Shown in pieces: positions 10,635 to 21,798 of a stretch of DNA of 64,000 nucleotides; positions within the stretch are counted from its first letter, which is position 1; every line of letters begins with the position of its first letter. The notes under the pieces are model-generated. The model was not told where the DNA came from, ran no database searches, and worked only from the letters and a program-made list of their open reading frames with translations. The translations under genes were made by a program, and so were the position numbers. The stretch is from Bacteroidia bacterium (GTDB lineage Bacteria > Bacteroidota > Bacteroidia > M30B66), in the NCBI GenBank assembly GCA_965279035.1, contig OZ257142.1:3040001-3104000 (forward strand), in the 5' to 3' direction.

Positions 10635-10991
10635 CTATATACTTTGTCCAAATGTTAGTAGATTATGATCTGGATCAAGAATAGAAAATTCCAATTGTCC
10701 CCAAGGTTTTAATTCCAATGGACCATTAGGATGTATTTGTACATCATTATCCATAAAAGATTGATATAATTGTTCAATCGCATTTGTACAAATATAGATT
10801 TGTCCATAATTGGAATAAACATCCAAGTCCTTAAATGCAAAAAAGTGAATTTGAATAGCATCCTTTTGAAGCATTAAATAGCCATCAAAATCAGTACTTC
10901 CAACTAGATCAAAGCCCAATTTATGAAGATAAAATGCGCGAGTTATTTCTTTATCCCGCATGGGGAGTTTGGGATTTACGGAAATTAACAT
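10635..10991 (-). CDS. VOC/bleomycin-resistance family protein
   Basis: FYLHKLGF, KPWGQLEFSILDPDHNLLTF. Confidence 0.85.
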   Translation of the reverse strand: MLISVNPKLPMRDKEITRAFYLHKLGFDLVGSTDFDGYLMLQKDAIQIHFFAFKDLDVYSNYGQIYICTNAIEQLYQSFMDNDVQIHPNGPLELKPWGQLEFSILDPDHNLLTFGQSI

Positions 10992-11032
10992 AAGAATTAA
11001 TCTAATTAAAAATGAATGTACACATGATGAAA

Positions 11033-11536
11033 TTAATTATAAATATAAGGTTCATTTTCTTCAATCAATTTTCGAATATTGTCAATCACTTGTTTCATAT
11101 ATTTTTTCCAAAATAAATGAGTAAATATCCATGAGAATGGGGATAATAGTATTGAATTAGAATACAAAGTATAGGTGTAATCAATTTGAATTTTATTCGA
11201 TTCTAATTCAGTTGTTTCCCATTCGCCAACAAATTTATAAAAACCCAACATCCACGCTTGAAATTGACTGACTTCAATCATCCAATATTTATTCTCCACT
11301 CGTTTAATCACTGTATCAACAGAAGCAAATCCACCTTTCTGTGTAAGCGATTTAGCAACATATACTTTTTTACTAAATCCCGGCTTTCCCCAATTTCCAT
11401 CATCTGTACAATGGGTTACTCTGGGCATAAGTCCATATCCGGTATGCACTTTCGAAACATTGCACAGCATAGGAGTTTTGAATGCACTTTCGAGAGAGCA
11501 ATGGTAAATGGTTCTGATGGAGACGCTATAAATCAT
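11033..11536 (-). CDS. SRPBCC-like hypothetical protein
   Basis: 167 aa ORF with START/polyketide-cyclase-like pattern; weak assignment. Confidence 0.5.
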   Translation of the reverse strand: MIYSVSIRTIYHCSLESAFKTPMLCNVSKVHTGYGLMPRVTHCTDDGNWGKPGFSKKVYVAKSLTQKGGFASVDTVIKRVENKYWMIEVSQFQAWMLGFYKFVGEWETTELESNKIQIDYTYTLYSNSILLSPFSWIFTHLFWKKYMKQVIDNIRKLIEENEPYIYN

Positions 11537-11685
11537 CGTTCATTATAAATCAGACTCTAAACAACAAAAAAATAGAATTAAATACAATAGAGTGTGTATT
11601 AAAATAAAAGGAATTAGCAGCAATTATAAAACACTGAAAAAAGAAATAGTTGATTCATCTTATACTTCTAAATATTCATTAATAA

Positions 11686-13785
11686 TTAGTGAATAATAAG
11701 TTTACGAATAATTAATTCCTCTTTTTCCGCTTGGATTAGAAGTGAATAAATTCCCGATGATAATGAACCTTTCGACAATTGATAGTGTTGCCCATGAATT
11801 ATATCAGTAAAAACTTCTTTACCTAGAGCATCAATAACAACAATATGAGTATTTATTTGCTTGTACCCAAAATACAGATGTGTTTCGGATTGCATTGGAT
11901 TAGGAAAAATATTTAATTCATTGTAAACCTTAGGAACTTTACTTGTGGAAACACTTATCAAGTTAAATACTTCAGATTGAGAAGAACAGCCAAAATCATC
12001 ATAAATTGTAACTTGATATTCACCATTATAAATTGGAAAATATATATTCGTTATTGCAGATTCAATTGAAATAGAATTTATTGTCCAATTATATCCATAA
12101 CCAGGATTAGTTACTAAAGCACCATCCAAAAAGTTTATGGTTGGAACAGGTGGAATTGAGTGAAAAAAGACTGTAAATGTGTCTGAATAAACCGTCCCAC
12201 AAACATTCGAAGATTGTATAAAATAATCACCATTATTTACGGTTGTGATGGAATAGGTTGAATCACCAGTACTCCATACTCCATCAAAATTTCCCGATAA
12301 TTCAGCAACTTCTCCAATACAATAAGGATAATTGAATCCTTCATCAATTGTTGAAACATAAGGCAAGTCAATCATCTTAAGTTGTACACCATGAATGGGA
12401 GTTGTTATCCCGCAGGAATTGGTTAGTATACAGGTATAATAAGCCTCATCAAAATATTGAAATGATTCAAAATGCAAATTACTATCGGTTTGTTCAGGCA
12501 TTAATACACCATTTCTTAGCCATTGATATTGGTAAGTATTTGGACTACTAATTAGATAATTGAAATTTGTATAATTACAAACTTCAATGGTATCTGATTC
12601 AAAGTATGTATATGCCGGTTTTCTACATATTTCAATCATACCTTGTAATGTAGAGCCACTACTCACACCTATGGCAGTTAAAGTTGGAAGATCATTATTT
12701 AAATAGTCATATTCAAAAGGACCTAAACTAGCACACCAACCATACATTCGACCATTACTGGCTAGTAATAAATCTCCGGTTGGAATGCTTCCAGTGAAAG
12801 ATTGATCTGCTTGCTGTCCGAAATTATGCACTAAGCGCAATTGATTCAATGTAATATCATACTCAAATATGCTCCCATAATGATTACCTACAGCATCAGT
12901 ACCGTGTGAAGCAGTACCATATATTTTATTGTTTGTGCCCCATTTCAAACTAATAATATTTCCAATACTATCGGGGATATTGACTAGATGAGTAACTGCA
13001 TTTGTTTGAGGATTAAATCGAAAAATACTTCCACCACTTGAACTTGAATTTCCAACTTGATAGCTTAATCCGCCATACATATTTCCATCGCTTGCAATGA
13101 TAAGATTTCCAACCGGCACACAACCTTCAGTAGCACAGAAAAAATTATGTAAGTATGTTAATGTATGAGTTGTTAAATTGAATTTAAAAATACGTCCACC
13201 ATATCCAACATTTCCATTTCCACCTCCTAATGCTGTTAATCCATAAATACAACCATTGTATTCGCCTGAAATGCCTATCGGAGTTTCATTGTATGGAATA
13301 AAATTCCATTGATAAATACTATCTGTCACGAAATTATATTCATACAAATATCCATCGGATCCAGAACTAGTCCAATATAAACTACCATTACTGGCTTGGT
13401 ACAAAGCAGATCGACAGGTATATGGCATGTTTTTAACCACATGAAAAGAATCAATTACCGGATCAAATTCAAATAAAACACCCTGTGGTGATAAGCCTGT
13501 TTGAGGAGAATATCCACCATACATTGTGGTACCGTATAATTTACCATTTGTAGCTTGGATAAGCGGAGCATATGGATTTGCTCCTAATGTACCAGCACTA
13601 TCAAACTCATAAAGCACTTGAAAATTACCTCCCAATGAATCTAATTTAAAGATTCTTCCTCCAAAATAATTAGGACCTTGAGAATTAATTCCATAGGGTA
13701 AAGCTCCATAATACTCATGTTGAGCAACTATATTATTGAAAAATAAAACAAGAAAAACTCCAATCAGGGTAAATTTAAATTTCAT
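11686..13785 (-). CDS. T9SS type A cargo protein with GloVer-like beta-propeller repeats and an Ig-like domain
   Basis: Repeated NGKLYGTT/DGNMYG motifs, YQWLRNG, C-terminal IFPNP...SGIY...KLII. Confidence 0.8.
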   Translation of the reverse strand: MKFKFTLIGVFLVLFFNNIVAQHEYYGALPYGINSQGPNYFGGRIFKLDSLGGNFQVLYEFDSAGTLGANPYAPLIQATNGKLYGTTMYGGYSPQTGLSPQGVLFEFDPVIDSFHVVKNMPYTCRSALYQASNGSLYWTSSGSDGYLYEYNFVTDSIYQWNFIPYNETPIGISGEYNGCIYGLTALGGGNGNVGYGGRIFKFNLTTHTLTYLHNFFCATEGCVPVGNLIIASDGNMYGGLSYQVGNSSSSGGSIFRFNPQTNAVTHLVNIPDSIGNIISLKWGTNNKIYGTASHGTDAVGNHYGSIFEYDITLNQLRLVHNFGQQADQSFTGSIPTGDLLLASNGRMYGWCASLGPFEYDYLNNDLPTLTAIGVSSGSTLQGMIEICRKPAYTYFESDTIEVCNYTNFNYLISSPNTYQYQWLRNGVLMPEQTDSNLHFESFQYFDEAYYTCILTNSCGITTPIHGVQLKMIDLPYVSTIDEGFNYPYCIGEVAELSGNFDGVWSTGDSTYSITTVNNGDYFIQSSNVCGTVYSDTFTVFFHSIPPVPTINFLDGALVTNPGYGYNWTINSISIESAITNIYFPIYNGEYQVTIYDDFGCSSQSEVFNLISVSTSKVPKVYNELNIFPNPMQSETHLYFGYKQINTHIVVIDALGKEVFTDIIHGQHYQLSKGSLSSGIYSLLIQAEKEELIIRKLIIH

Positions 13786-14012
13786 ATTTTTAAAAATATA
13801 AATGAAAAGACTTAAATTAACTTAGTAATAATAATGAAATAATTAATACAATCGATAATACATAATTTTCCAAGAAGAAATTGAACTCTAATTTTCCAAA
13901 ATAAATATCAAAGAAACATACTTCATAAAGCAGTCCGTGAATTTGGAAAACTCACTAGCTAAATTTGATGGTAATTGTAAAATTCATCTTCTCCTATGTT
14001 AATATTAAGCTG

Positions 14013-15851
14013 TTATTTCAATGGCATCTCAAAAATAATACGTGTACCAGATAATGGAGTTGATTGTATATGAACTGATCCATTTAGTTTTTGAGCACGT
14101 TGTGCCATGTTTACTAATCCATTACCTCCTAGTTTACTCCCTTTAGATTGTTCTATCCCAATGCCATTGTCTGCAATTTCTACTAGTAGTTTGGAGTTAT
14201 TGGAATATAAATGAATATTAACTTGAGAAGCTTTTGCATACTTAGCAATATTAATAATGGCTTCTTTCGCAATGAGGTAAATATCTTTTCGAAATTCCAT
14301 AGGAATTGGCAGACCTTCGATATTTCCTTCTATAACCATATTCAAAACTACATTTTGTTCTTCCAAAGTATCTGCAGCAAACAAACGAATACGTTTAACG
14401 ATATCACCTAATTTATCATTATCGGGACGAATACTCCATACAATATCACTCATACTTTCGAGCATTGTTTGGGAATTGGAACTAATTTTATCTAATAATT
14501 CTTCTTCATCCCCACGATTGCGTTTAGCTATCTGACTCATCATCGAAATACTTGAAAGAGTAGCCCCTACTTCATCGTGCAAGTTAGCTGCAATGGTATT
14601 TCTAACTTGATAAAGTTTACGAAGTTGCTTTATTCTAACTAAGTAAAAAACCAACATAGCAATACCTATGACAAGTCCTATAGATGCTAAAAATGCATAA
14701 AGTTGATTACGCGTATTTGTTTTATTCAAGCTTGCTTCTTGGTGTGCGATAATTAAATCCTTTTCTCTTTCAGCTATTTGTCGAGATTTCATATCTAATT
14801 CATGTTGAACAGATAGATTAGCTATAGCATCTTCGTTATTTTGATTGAATATTGAATCTTTAAATAATTCATGTTGCTTATAACTTTCTAATGCATCATT
14901 ATATAATCCAAGTCCAGCCTGTGCCTCAGAAAGAAAGGCATATGAACTTTCCCGTATATCCCAGTCACCCAATTGCGTTGCAACTTGAATTGATAAATGA
15001 GCATAATGAATTGCTTTTTTATAATAATTATTCCTTTCTGTAATATTACATGACATTCCCAATTCCTTTGGAGGATTGGCCATTTTTATATATAAATCTG
15101 CCAAATTTCCTGAAGTCAACATTATTCCAAATTGATTATCAAGTTTTTTCATGGCCGACAGACCATTCAGCATATAGTTTTCTGCTTTATCAAACTGGTA
15201 CAAATTCATGAAGGAGTTCCCCATATTGATTTTGACAATCTCTTGACCAAGTTTATTTCCATATTTAATATGTGCATTTAAAGCTATTTTATAATAAAAT
15301 AATGCACTATCATATTTAGCTATATCATCGTAAACGATTCCAATTCCAGCTATATGATTGCCGATATCTTCTTTGCGTTTGTCCAATTCATTAATTGCCC
15401 ATGCTTTCTTATAATAATAAATGGCTTTATCAATTTTTTTTTCCTTTCTATATACCATTGCCACACTATTCATATCATAGGCAGCATCTAATTTGTCTAA
15501 ATTCTCATCAATTCGAAGTGCTATAAAGAAATGCTTCAAAGCCTCTGGAAATTGTGAAGTATTAAAGTAACAATGACCTACCAATCGATTAATATAGGCT
15601 ACTTGGTCTTTCCAATTATTCCTGACTGCAATTGCCATTGCCTTTTGAGAATAATTTAAACAAGAAATTGGATTTGAATCTAATTCTTCAAGAATTATAT
15701 TCCTAAATATTGAAAGGCGTATTGAATCATTCTTTTCTGTATTTGAACGCTGAATTAATGAATCAAGATAACTCAACTTCACTCCATTTTGTGAAATGGC
15801 TTTAAAGGAGAAAATAAAAGATAACAAAATAATTGAGAAAGCTTTAAACAT
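14013..15851 (-). CDS. TPR-containing sensor histidine kinase (HisKA_3 type)
   Basis: TPR helices, TM segment, IAANLHDEVG, EAIINIAKY, DNGIG, GNGLVNM. Confidence 0.9.
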   Translation of the reverse strand: MFKAFSIILLSFIFSFKAISQNGVKLSYLDSLIQRSNTEKNDSIRLSIFRNIILEELDSNPISCLNYSQKAMAIAVRNNWKDQVAYINRLVGHCYFNTSQFPEALKHFFIALRIDENLDKLDAAYDMNSVAMVYRKEKKIDKAIYYYKKAWAINELDKRKEDIGNHIAGIGIVYDDIAKYDSALFYYKIALNAHIKYGNKLGQEIVKINMGNSFMNLYQFDKAENYMLNGLSAMKKLDNQFGIMLTSGNLADLYIKMANPPKELGMSCNITERNNYYKKAIHYAHLSIQVATQLGDWDIRESSYAFLSEAQAGLGLYNDALESYKQHELFKDSIFNQNNEDAIANLSVQHELDMKSRQIAEREKDLIIAHQEASLNKTNTRNQLYAFLASIGLVIGIAMLVFYLVRIKQLRKLYQVRNTIAANLHDEVGATLSSISMMSQIAKRNRGDEEELLDKISSNSQTMLESMSDIVWSIRPDNDKLGDIVKRIRLFAADTLEEQNVVLNMVIEGNIEGLPIPMEFRKDIYLIAKEAIINIAKYAKASQVNIHLYSNNSKLLVEIADNGIGIEQSKGSKLGGNGLVNMAQRAQKLNGSVHIQSTPLSGTRIIFEMPLK

Positions 15852-15865
15852 GATATTTAAAATAA

Positions 15866-15894
15866 AAATCAGCCGTAAAATGTACGGCTGATTT
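15866..15894 (-). terminator. Intrinsic terminator between the T9SS gene and the kinase
   Basis: Perfect 12-bp stem AAATCAGCCGTA/TACGGCTGATTT, 5-nt loop, T-rich tail on the minus strand. Confidence 0.75.
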
Positions 15895-15968
15895 AATACA
15901 CAAACAAATGAGGAAAATCATACCTGCACTTTTTAACTACAATATAGTAAATACAGGCTTCTCAACTA

Positions 15969-16970
15969 CTATTTCTTCACAATCTTGTAGTTAATGCGTG
16001 ATTTTGAAATCTCATCCGTAAGTGTAAGAAGATAAATTCCGCTTTCTAATCCACTGCAATTAATTTGATTCGAGCCTGAGGTTAAATTCCCTGAAATACC
16101 TGTTTCTTTTCCTTGGATTTGAATTAAACGATATTTGTAATTCCCATTTGGTATGGAAGTTATATTAACCCAGCCACTGGTAATAGTAGGATAAACTCTT
16201 ACATCAGCTGAATTTAATCTTGCAAATGAAGCAGTATTTGTTGGTGTAAAACGATAAACCTGTCCATTGGAAGGAAATGCATCAATCGTTTCGAAACCGG
16301 GTTGCAGATCTCCAAGGTTGGCGCTATCTAGTTGAGGGTTTGTTGCATCACCAACTAGGTAGTAATAGCGACCAGTTCCTGTACTTGGATCAAGATTCTT
16401 AATATAAGAAATGAATGGTTGAGAACCGTTGAAAAAGTATTCTTGTGGATAAGTAACTTGTGAGCCTCCATAATGCATCTCAATAATATCCGAGGTTTCG
16501 TATAACCACATTTGCAAATTAAGGGAATCATTCACTGTTCCAGAATCCACTGCTTCTTTCAAGAATCCAGTATTGAAATATTCCAATTTAAAAATACGAC
16601 TTGGACTTGTTCCGTCAATACGATAACGTATTGGAGAAATACTAGAACCTGTTAAATTTCCTTTATCCATTAACCAAGCATCCATAGGTGAAAATCCTTC
16701 TAAATGTATCGTACTTGTAGTGTCAGAAGATGGTGTTAATCCAGTTCCCCAGAATATCGAATAAGTGTCAAAGGTGAGCCCATTTAAGTGATATATAAAT
16801 GGGAGTTCCACAATGAAACTGGTTGTTAGCCATGGAGCTTCTGTGTTAACTTGTGTTGCTCCACTTGTTAATGGCTCATACGTTTGATTTGTTGAACTTA
16901 GTTCATAATGGAACTGTGCCGAAGATGTCAAGCTCAGTCCGAGGGCGAAGAGAAGTAGTTGTTTTTTCAT
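15969..16970 (-). CDS. T9SS type A sorting-domain protein
   Basis: Signal peptide MKKQLLLFALG; C-terminal VYPT...LESGIYLL...KIVKK. Confidence 0.8.
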   Translation of the reverse strand: MKKQLLLFALGLSLTSSAQFHYELSSTNQTYEPLTSGATQVNTEAPWLTTSFIVELPFIYHLNGLTFDTYSIFWGTGLTPSSDTTSTIHLEGFSPMDAWLMDKGNLTGSSISPIRYRIDGTSPSRIFKLEYFNTGFLKEAVDSGTVNDSLNLQMWLYETSDIIEMHYGGSQVTYPQEYFFNGSQPFISYIKNLDPSTGTGRYYYLVGDATNPQLDSANLGDLQPGFETIDAFPSNGQVYRFTPTNTASFARLNSADVRVYPTITSGWVNITSIPNGNYKYRLIQIQGKETGISGNLTSGSNQINCSGLESGIYLLTLTDEISKSRINYKIVKK

Positions 16971-17004
16971 GCTACAAAGGACATTCATATAGCCTTTTAG
17001 CACA

Positions 17005-17022
17005 ATCACATCATGATGTGAT
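17005..17022. promoter_or_regulatory. Perfect 18-bp palindrome, candidate response-regulator operator
   Basis: ATCACATCATGATGTGAT, about 35 bp upstream of the T9SS gene start and beside a NarL-family regulator gene. Confidence 0.6.
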
Positions 17023-17061
17023 ATTTAATACTTGATGAAACTGTTTAGTGACAAATAAATA

Positions 17062-17697
17062 TTAAAGACCTTTCTCAATTGCTTTACGGACAGCTTCCAC
17101 ATTCGAATTCACTTGTAGTTTAGCGTATATGTTCTTTATATGAGAACGGACAGTGTCTAATGAAATGAAACAATGTGAAGCGATCATTTTATAACTAAAG
17201 CCAACAACTAAAAAATGAAGTATTTCTTTTTCTCGTTCACTTAAATTATAATCAATATTGCTATTCTTTTTTTTCTGAAACATAGCCAAAGCCTTACGAG
17301 CAATAACTGGAGTCATATAAGAACCGCCTTCAAAAATTTCTTTTAATGTTGAAGTCAATTTATCGTTAGGTGTTTTCTTTAAAATATATCCTCTAGCTCC
17401 TTCACAAATTGCATTGTAAATTTTATCATCATCTTCAAATACTGTGTACATAACAACATTAGTATCTGGTTTAATTGTAAGTGCTTGCTTTAATGCTTCA
17501 ATTCCATTGATTCCTGGCATATCTATATCCATTAAGATCATGTCAGGATTGGATTCTTTCATATGTGATTGAATATCGCTAGCCTGATCAAATATTCCAC
17601 AGATGTGAAAATCATTTTCTAATGAAAACAAAAGCTTTAAACTAGATCGCATTTGCTCATTGTCTTCAAAAATAGAGAGTTGTATTGGATAATTCAT
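17062..17697 (-). CDS. NarL/LuxR-family response regulator
   Basis: Receiver LMDIDMPG; HTH LSEREKEIL...TVRSHIKNIYAKL. Confidence 0.93.
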   Translation of the reverse strand: MNYPIQLSIFEDNEQMRSSLKLLFSLENDFHICGIFDQASDIQSHMKESNPDMILMDIDMPGINGIEALKQALTIKPDTNVVMYTVFEDDDKIYNAICEGARGYILKKTPNDKLTSTLKEIFEGGSYMTPVIARKALAMFQKKKNSNIDYNLSEREKEILHFLVVGFSYKMIASHCFISLDTVRSHIKNIYAKLQVNSNVEAVRKAIEKGL

Positions 17698-17851
17698 TTG
17701 AATTGAGAAGCCTATAAAAATAGGTTTTAGATATGAGAATTCATAGTTATTTTCAATATATAATTGGAGAAATTAATGTATAACTCTATAAATAATTGAG
17801 GAAGAAAAAGGGTATAATCGATTTTAATGAATAAAAAATGTTTTAATTGAA

Positions 17852-19015
17852 TTATTTAACCCAATTATTTTGAAACAAATCAATTATTTCAAATGGTAAT
17901 GAATTCCAGATGATTTCTTTCGGGTATAATGCGTTACATAAAAGCACAATTCCAAATTTATTTTTGGGTGAAATGATTAAAGAAGCCGAATATCCCGGAT
18001 CATTGCCATCGTGAAATACATAGTCGCCATATTTTTTAGAATTCACAATCCACCAACCAATACCAATGGAAGTAGTATATCCAGGAATAACTTTATGTGT
18101 AGTCCACATATTCATTAATGTAGATTGTTTGATAATTCCCGATTGGTTTAAATTAGAATCATATAAAGAAATCATATGAATCATCCATTTACATAAATCA
18201 GAAGAACAAGAATTCAGATTACCGCAAGGTTTGTCCTGTGGAATATCGGGATAATAATGAGAAGCTTTTACTTTATGAGTTATAAAATTACGTTTATGAG
18301 GAACACTTCTTCTATCTTTAGGTATAGATTGATAAAAGAAACTGCTCTGATTCATCCCAATAGGTTTTAAGATAGATTCAGTAATGTAGGTGGAAAATGG
18401 TTGATGAGTAACTCGCTCAATCACTAATCCCAAAATATTATAAGCTGTATTGCTATATGTTTTTTCACTTAATTGAACCCCTGGTTTATAGCTTAATTTC
18501 TTATGTTTTAATTTATGAGCAAATTCTGATAATGCAATACTATCATTTGATGGATGAATAAAATGTGAATTATAAATATTGGGCAAACCAGATGTATGTG
18601 TAAGCATTTGCTCAATCGTAATATCTAAAAAGCCTTTCCCTTTCATCTTAAATTCAGGAACATAATCGACTAGTTTTTTATGAATATCAATTTTTCCATC
18701 TTCAACAAGTTGCATGATGGCTGTAGCTGTAAATAATTTAGAAATTGAACAAGTCAAGAAATTTGTTAAACTGTCAACTGGAGCATACTTCCCAACTTCT
18801 TTAGAACCGTAGCCTTTCAAATAAATAATTTTATTATCTTTTACTAAACCAATGGAAAGCCCTGGTATTTTATATTTCGAAATACATTTTAAAACAACAG
18901 AATCAATTTCATGAGATAAATAAGGTGTTACTTGTTGAGAATTCAAGTAGTTAGATGATGATAAAATAAGTATTAAGATGATAATACATCTATTAAATAC
19001 AATGAATACTCTCAT
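17852..19015 (-). CDS. Serine hydrolase, beta-lactamase/AmpC-like
   Basis: SxxK (SISK), LTHTSGL, YSN, HDG. Confidence 0.88.
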   Translation of the reverse strand: MRVFIVFNRCIIILILILSSSNYLNSQQVTPYLSHEIDSVVLKCISKYKIPGLSIGLVKDNKIIYLKGYGSKEVGKYAPVDSLTNFLTCSISKLFTATAIMQLVEDGKIDIHKKLVDYVPEFKMKGKGFLDITIEQMLTHTSGLPNIYNSHFIHPSNDSIALSEFAHKLKHKKLSYKPGVQLSEKTYSNTAYNILGLVIERVTHQPFSTYITESILKPIGMNQSSFFYQSIPKDRRSVPHKRNFITHKVKASHYYPDIPQDKPCGNLNSCSSDLCKWMIHMISLYDSNLNQSGIIKQSTLMNMWTTHKVIPGYTTSIGIGWWIVNSKKYGDYVFHDGNDPGYSASLIISPKNKFGIVLLCNALYPKEIIWNSLPFEIIDLFQNNWVK

Positions 19016-19155
19016 ACATTCTTAGTTGGATTAAATTTTCCAAATTTCAATTTGGATGAAAAAAAGAACTTTGGGGTTCTTTAAATTATTTGAAACAAAC
19101 TAGTTAAAAAGTTAATTTATAAACTCTTAAATAGATTGCTCTATTGAACATCCAA

Positions 19156-19803
19156 CTACTTATGATACTTATGAGAACCATCGCAATTAGGCATCCGTTT
19201 AGAAAAACCACAAATACAATCATTGATTCCTTTTCCTTGCATAATGCGATCGATATACTTGTCTATTCGAGATAATCGAGTAGCTGATTGTTTAGATCCA
19301 GTAAAAAAAAGGTTGTAGGCACGTTGACGACCTGGCGTTAAAGCTTCAAATGCTTTTTTAAATGCAGCATCAGCATCCATTTTAAGTAATAATTCTTCGG
19401 GAAACTCAAGTTCTGTATTGGATTTCAGCTCAACCTTTAACCCAATCTTATCTACTTCTAATGCTTCATAGATATACGTTTTTATTATGGGTTCTAAACG
19501 CAGAATTTCTTCAATGTTCTTAAATTTAAATAAGCGAACTGATTGAGAATTCTCACCTGGTTTTTGTAAAAGATGCTCAGTATCTGCTAATAACACACCT
19601 TTGAAAAAAGAAAAAGCACAATAATCTTTAAATTCCCCAAGTATAATAATGTTATTTCCATGAAATGTATAGCATGGATTTCGCCATTTGAAGTCTTCTT
19701 CTAAACCACAATCAAGAATAATTCTTCTAAATTGTAATAACTCATTCGGCCATCTATGAGCTTTACTTAAAAATTCTTCAACCTTAGGATGAAATGGATG
19801 CAT
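19156..19803 (-). CDS. YdeI/OmpD-associated protein with C-terminal CDGSH motif
   Basis: KWRNPCY, FEALTPGRQRAY, CICGFSKRMPNCDGSH. Confidence 0.85.
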   Translation of the reverse strand: MHPFHPKVEEFLSKAHRWPNELLQFRRIILDCGLEEDFKWRNPCYTFHGNNIIILGEFKDYCAFSFFKGVLLADTEHLLQKPGENSQSVRLFKFKNIEEILRLEPIIKTYIYEALEVDKIGLKVELKSNTELEFPEELLLKMDADAAFKKAFEALTPGRQRAYNLFFTGSKQSATRLSRIDKYIDRIMQGKGINDCICGFSKRMPNCDGSHKYHK

Positions 19804-20029
19804 AAAAATAGACGTGATTGTTTATTAATACATGTTTTAGAATTTCAAATATAATAACTAAGCCGCTGTTTGTTTAATAATTTTACATGATTTTTTGTAT
19901 TAATCTATGCCTTAAGGTTAATTCGTCTCTAGTTAATTAATCATTCATGATTGTTAAAGCCATATCCATTTTAGTCTTAAAATAGGCTTCAACTTACACA
20001 AAAGATAATAAAAATAGTTTTAGTTTGGA

Positions 20030-20293
20030 TTATATTCTCAGTGTTAAAGCTGATGCTACTTTTGACCATGAATTAGTTCCCAAAGCTCTACGATTGATAA
20101 AAATTGAGGCAGATGTATTAATAAGTAAATCATGGAAAAATAGTCGAATCGCATTCATCCCATCTTCTATTTCTGATGTGATTAAGCAAACGCGACGACT
20201 ATTGTTTGTGTAGTTAAAGCTGAAATTTTGTCCAAAAAAAAGGGAATATGAAAACAGCAATAATATAGTTAAAAAGGCAGGCTTAAAGTTCAT
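20030..20293 (-). pseudogene. Probable N-terminal fragment of a secreted protein
   Basis: Signal-peptide-like start followed by an abrupt end after 87 aa. Confidence 0.4.
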
Positions 20294-20427
20294 CAGTTGG
20301 TCATTTGTATCCTTACTTTGGAAAAATGCATATGACGTTTTTCCATTTCAAACATACTCCTAAGCTGCACCACACGCAAGTTGAAATAGAAAAATCTAGA
20401 GTAATTAATCAAAAAGGTAAAAACAAC

Positions 20428-20778
20428 CTATTTCCGTAAAATTTTATCCATTGATTTTCCTTTAGCTAATTCATCAATTAATTTATCCATGTAACGAATC
20501 TTACGCATAAGAGGATCTTCTATTTCTTCGACTCGATAGCCACATATCATTCCTGTAATGAGGCTCACATTGGGATGTAATTGCGGAGCCTTTGCAAAGA
20601 AAGTGGTGAAATCTGTTTTGTCATCTAATAGCTGTTGTAAGCTGGATGTATTGTAACCAGTCAACCAAAATATAATCTCATCCACTTCCGCCTTCGTTCG
20701 ACCTTTCCGCTCAACTTTAGCAATATAAAGTGGATAAACCTGAGCAAAAGGCATAGTGAAAATGCGGTGTGTGGACAT
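20428..20778 (-). CDS. DUF2200 family protein
   Basis: [46 protein letters not shown]. Confidence 0.88.
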   Translation of the reverse strand: MSTHRIFTMPFAQVYPLYIAKVERKGRTKAEVDEIIFWLTGYNTSSLQQLLDDKTDFTTFFAKAPQLHPNVSLITGMICGYRVEEIEDPLMRKIRYMDKLIDELAKGKSMDKILRK

Positions 20779-20870
20779 GATTAAATTGTCAAATTTAAAC
20801 TACTAATTTATTGGAATTTAAATAAAGAAGTACAATTTAACTTTATGATCAATTCATCCAATATATGGTA

Positions 20871-21773
20871 TCAATCAGGAATAATTGAAATGCCTGCTAG
20901 ATTAGCCTTTCCAATTTTCAAGAATTCGTATGTTATTCGATCTGTTTGACAATCGATGAACTGTATGCGTTTGAGATTCTTATTGTTTTTGAAGAAGGTG
21001 TTAGTTAAAATTGAATCCTGAAAAATAACACGATAAAATGCACAATTTTCAAAAATACAATCATACACTTTTCCCGTAAACTTAATTTCATTTAACTGAA
21101 TACCTATAAATGAAGTTTGATTCCAAATGGCTTGGGTCAATTCATTTTTAGTGAAATTGAGCATTTTAAATTCAGATTCTGTAAAATCGGCATGAGTAAA
21201 ATCGCAATTACCAATGTTGTTCTTTGTGAAGGTTGATTTGAGAAAAGAACAGTTTCTAAAACTATTATTGTTCAAATTCGAACTCTCAATTTGGCAATTA
21301 TTGATGATAGAATCGGTGAAGTCGCAACTTTCAATATTATTACTTTTAAGTTGAAGTTCCGACAAATCGGCCCCAACAAATTTGCAACACTTCATATTGG
21401 AATGACTGAATTTATCTTGAATATTCTTAAGTCCAGAGAAATCAGCATCGTCCCAATTTCCTTGCGACATGTTCCAAGTTTGCTTCTTAATTGTTGAAGC
21501 AGTTGGTGTCTTGTTTACTTTACTCTCTAGTACTTGATCAGGATTAGTTTCCGTGCTTAATGAGGGAAAGGAATCTGAAAAATAATTTAAATCAACTCCC
21601 AGAATTTCAGCTAAGTGATTTAAGGTGGTAATATCGGGTAAGGATTCACCGCGTTCCCATTTTCCAACGGCTTGAGCACTGATCGATATTTGCAAAGCTA
21701 AATCAGCTTGAGATAGATTTAAACGTTTACGTGCTTGCGTAATTTTTGAACCGATTGATTTTGAGTTGAGCAT
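20871..21773 (-). CDS. XRE-family HTH fused to pentapeptide repeats
   Basis: SQADLA...SAQAVGKWERGESLPD then ADFSG/CDFTD/ADFTE repeats; start moved to MLNSK, downstream of the promoter. Confidence 0.85.
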   Translation of the reverse strand: MLNSKSIGSKITQARKRLNLSQADLALQISISAQAVGKWERGESLPDITTLNHLAEILGVDLNYFSDSFPSLSTETNPDQVLESKVNKTPTASTIKKQTWNMSQGNWDDADFSGLKNIQDKFSHSNMKCCKFVGADLSELQLKSNNIESCDFTDSIINNCQIESSNLNNNSFRNCSFLKSTFTKNNIGNCDFTHADFTESEFKMLNFTKNELTQAIWNQTSFIGIQLNEIKFTGKVYDCIFENCAFYRVIFQDSILTNTFFKNNKNLKRIQFIDCQTDRITYEFLKIGKANLAGISIIPD

Positions 21774-21798
21774 ATTGATTGATGTTTTGGTGATGAGA

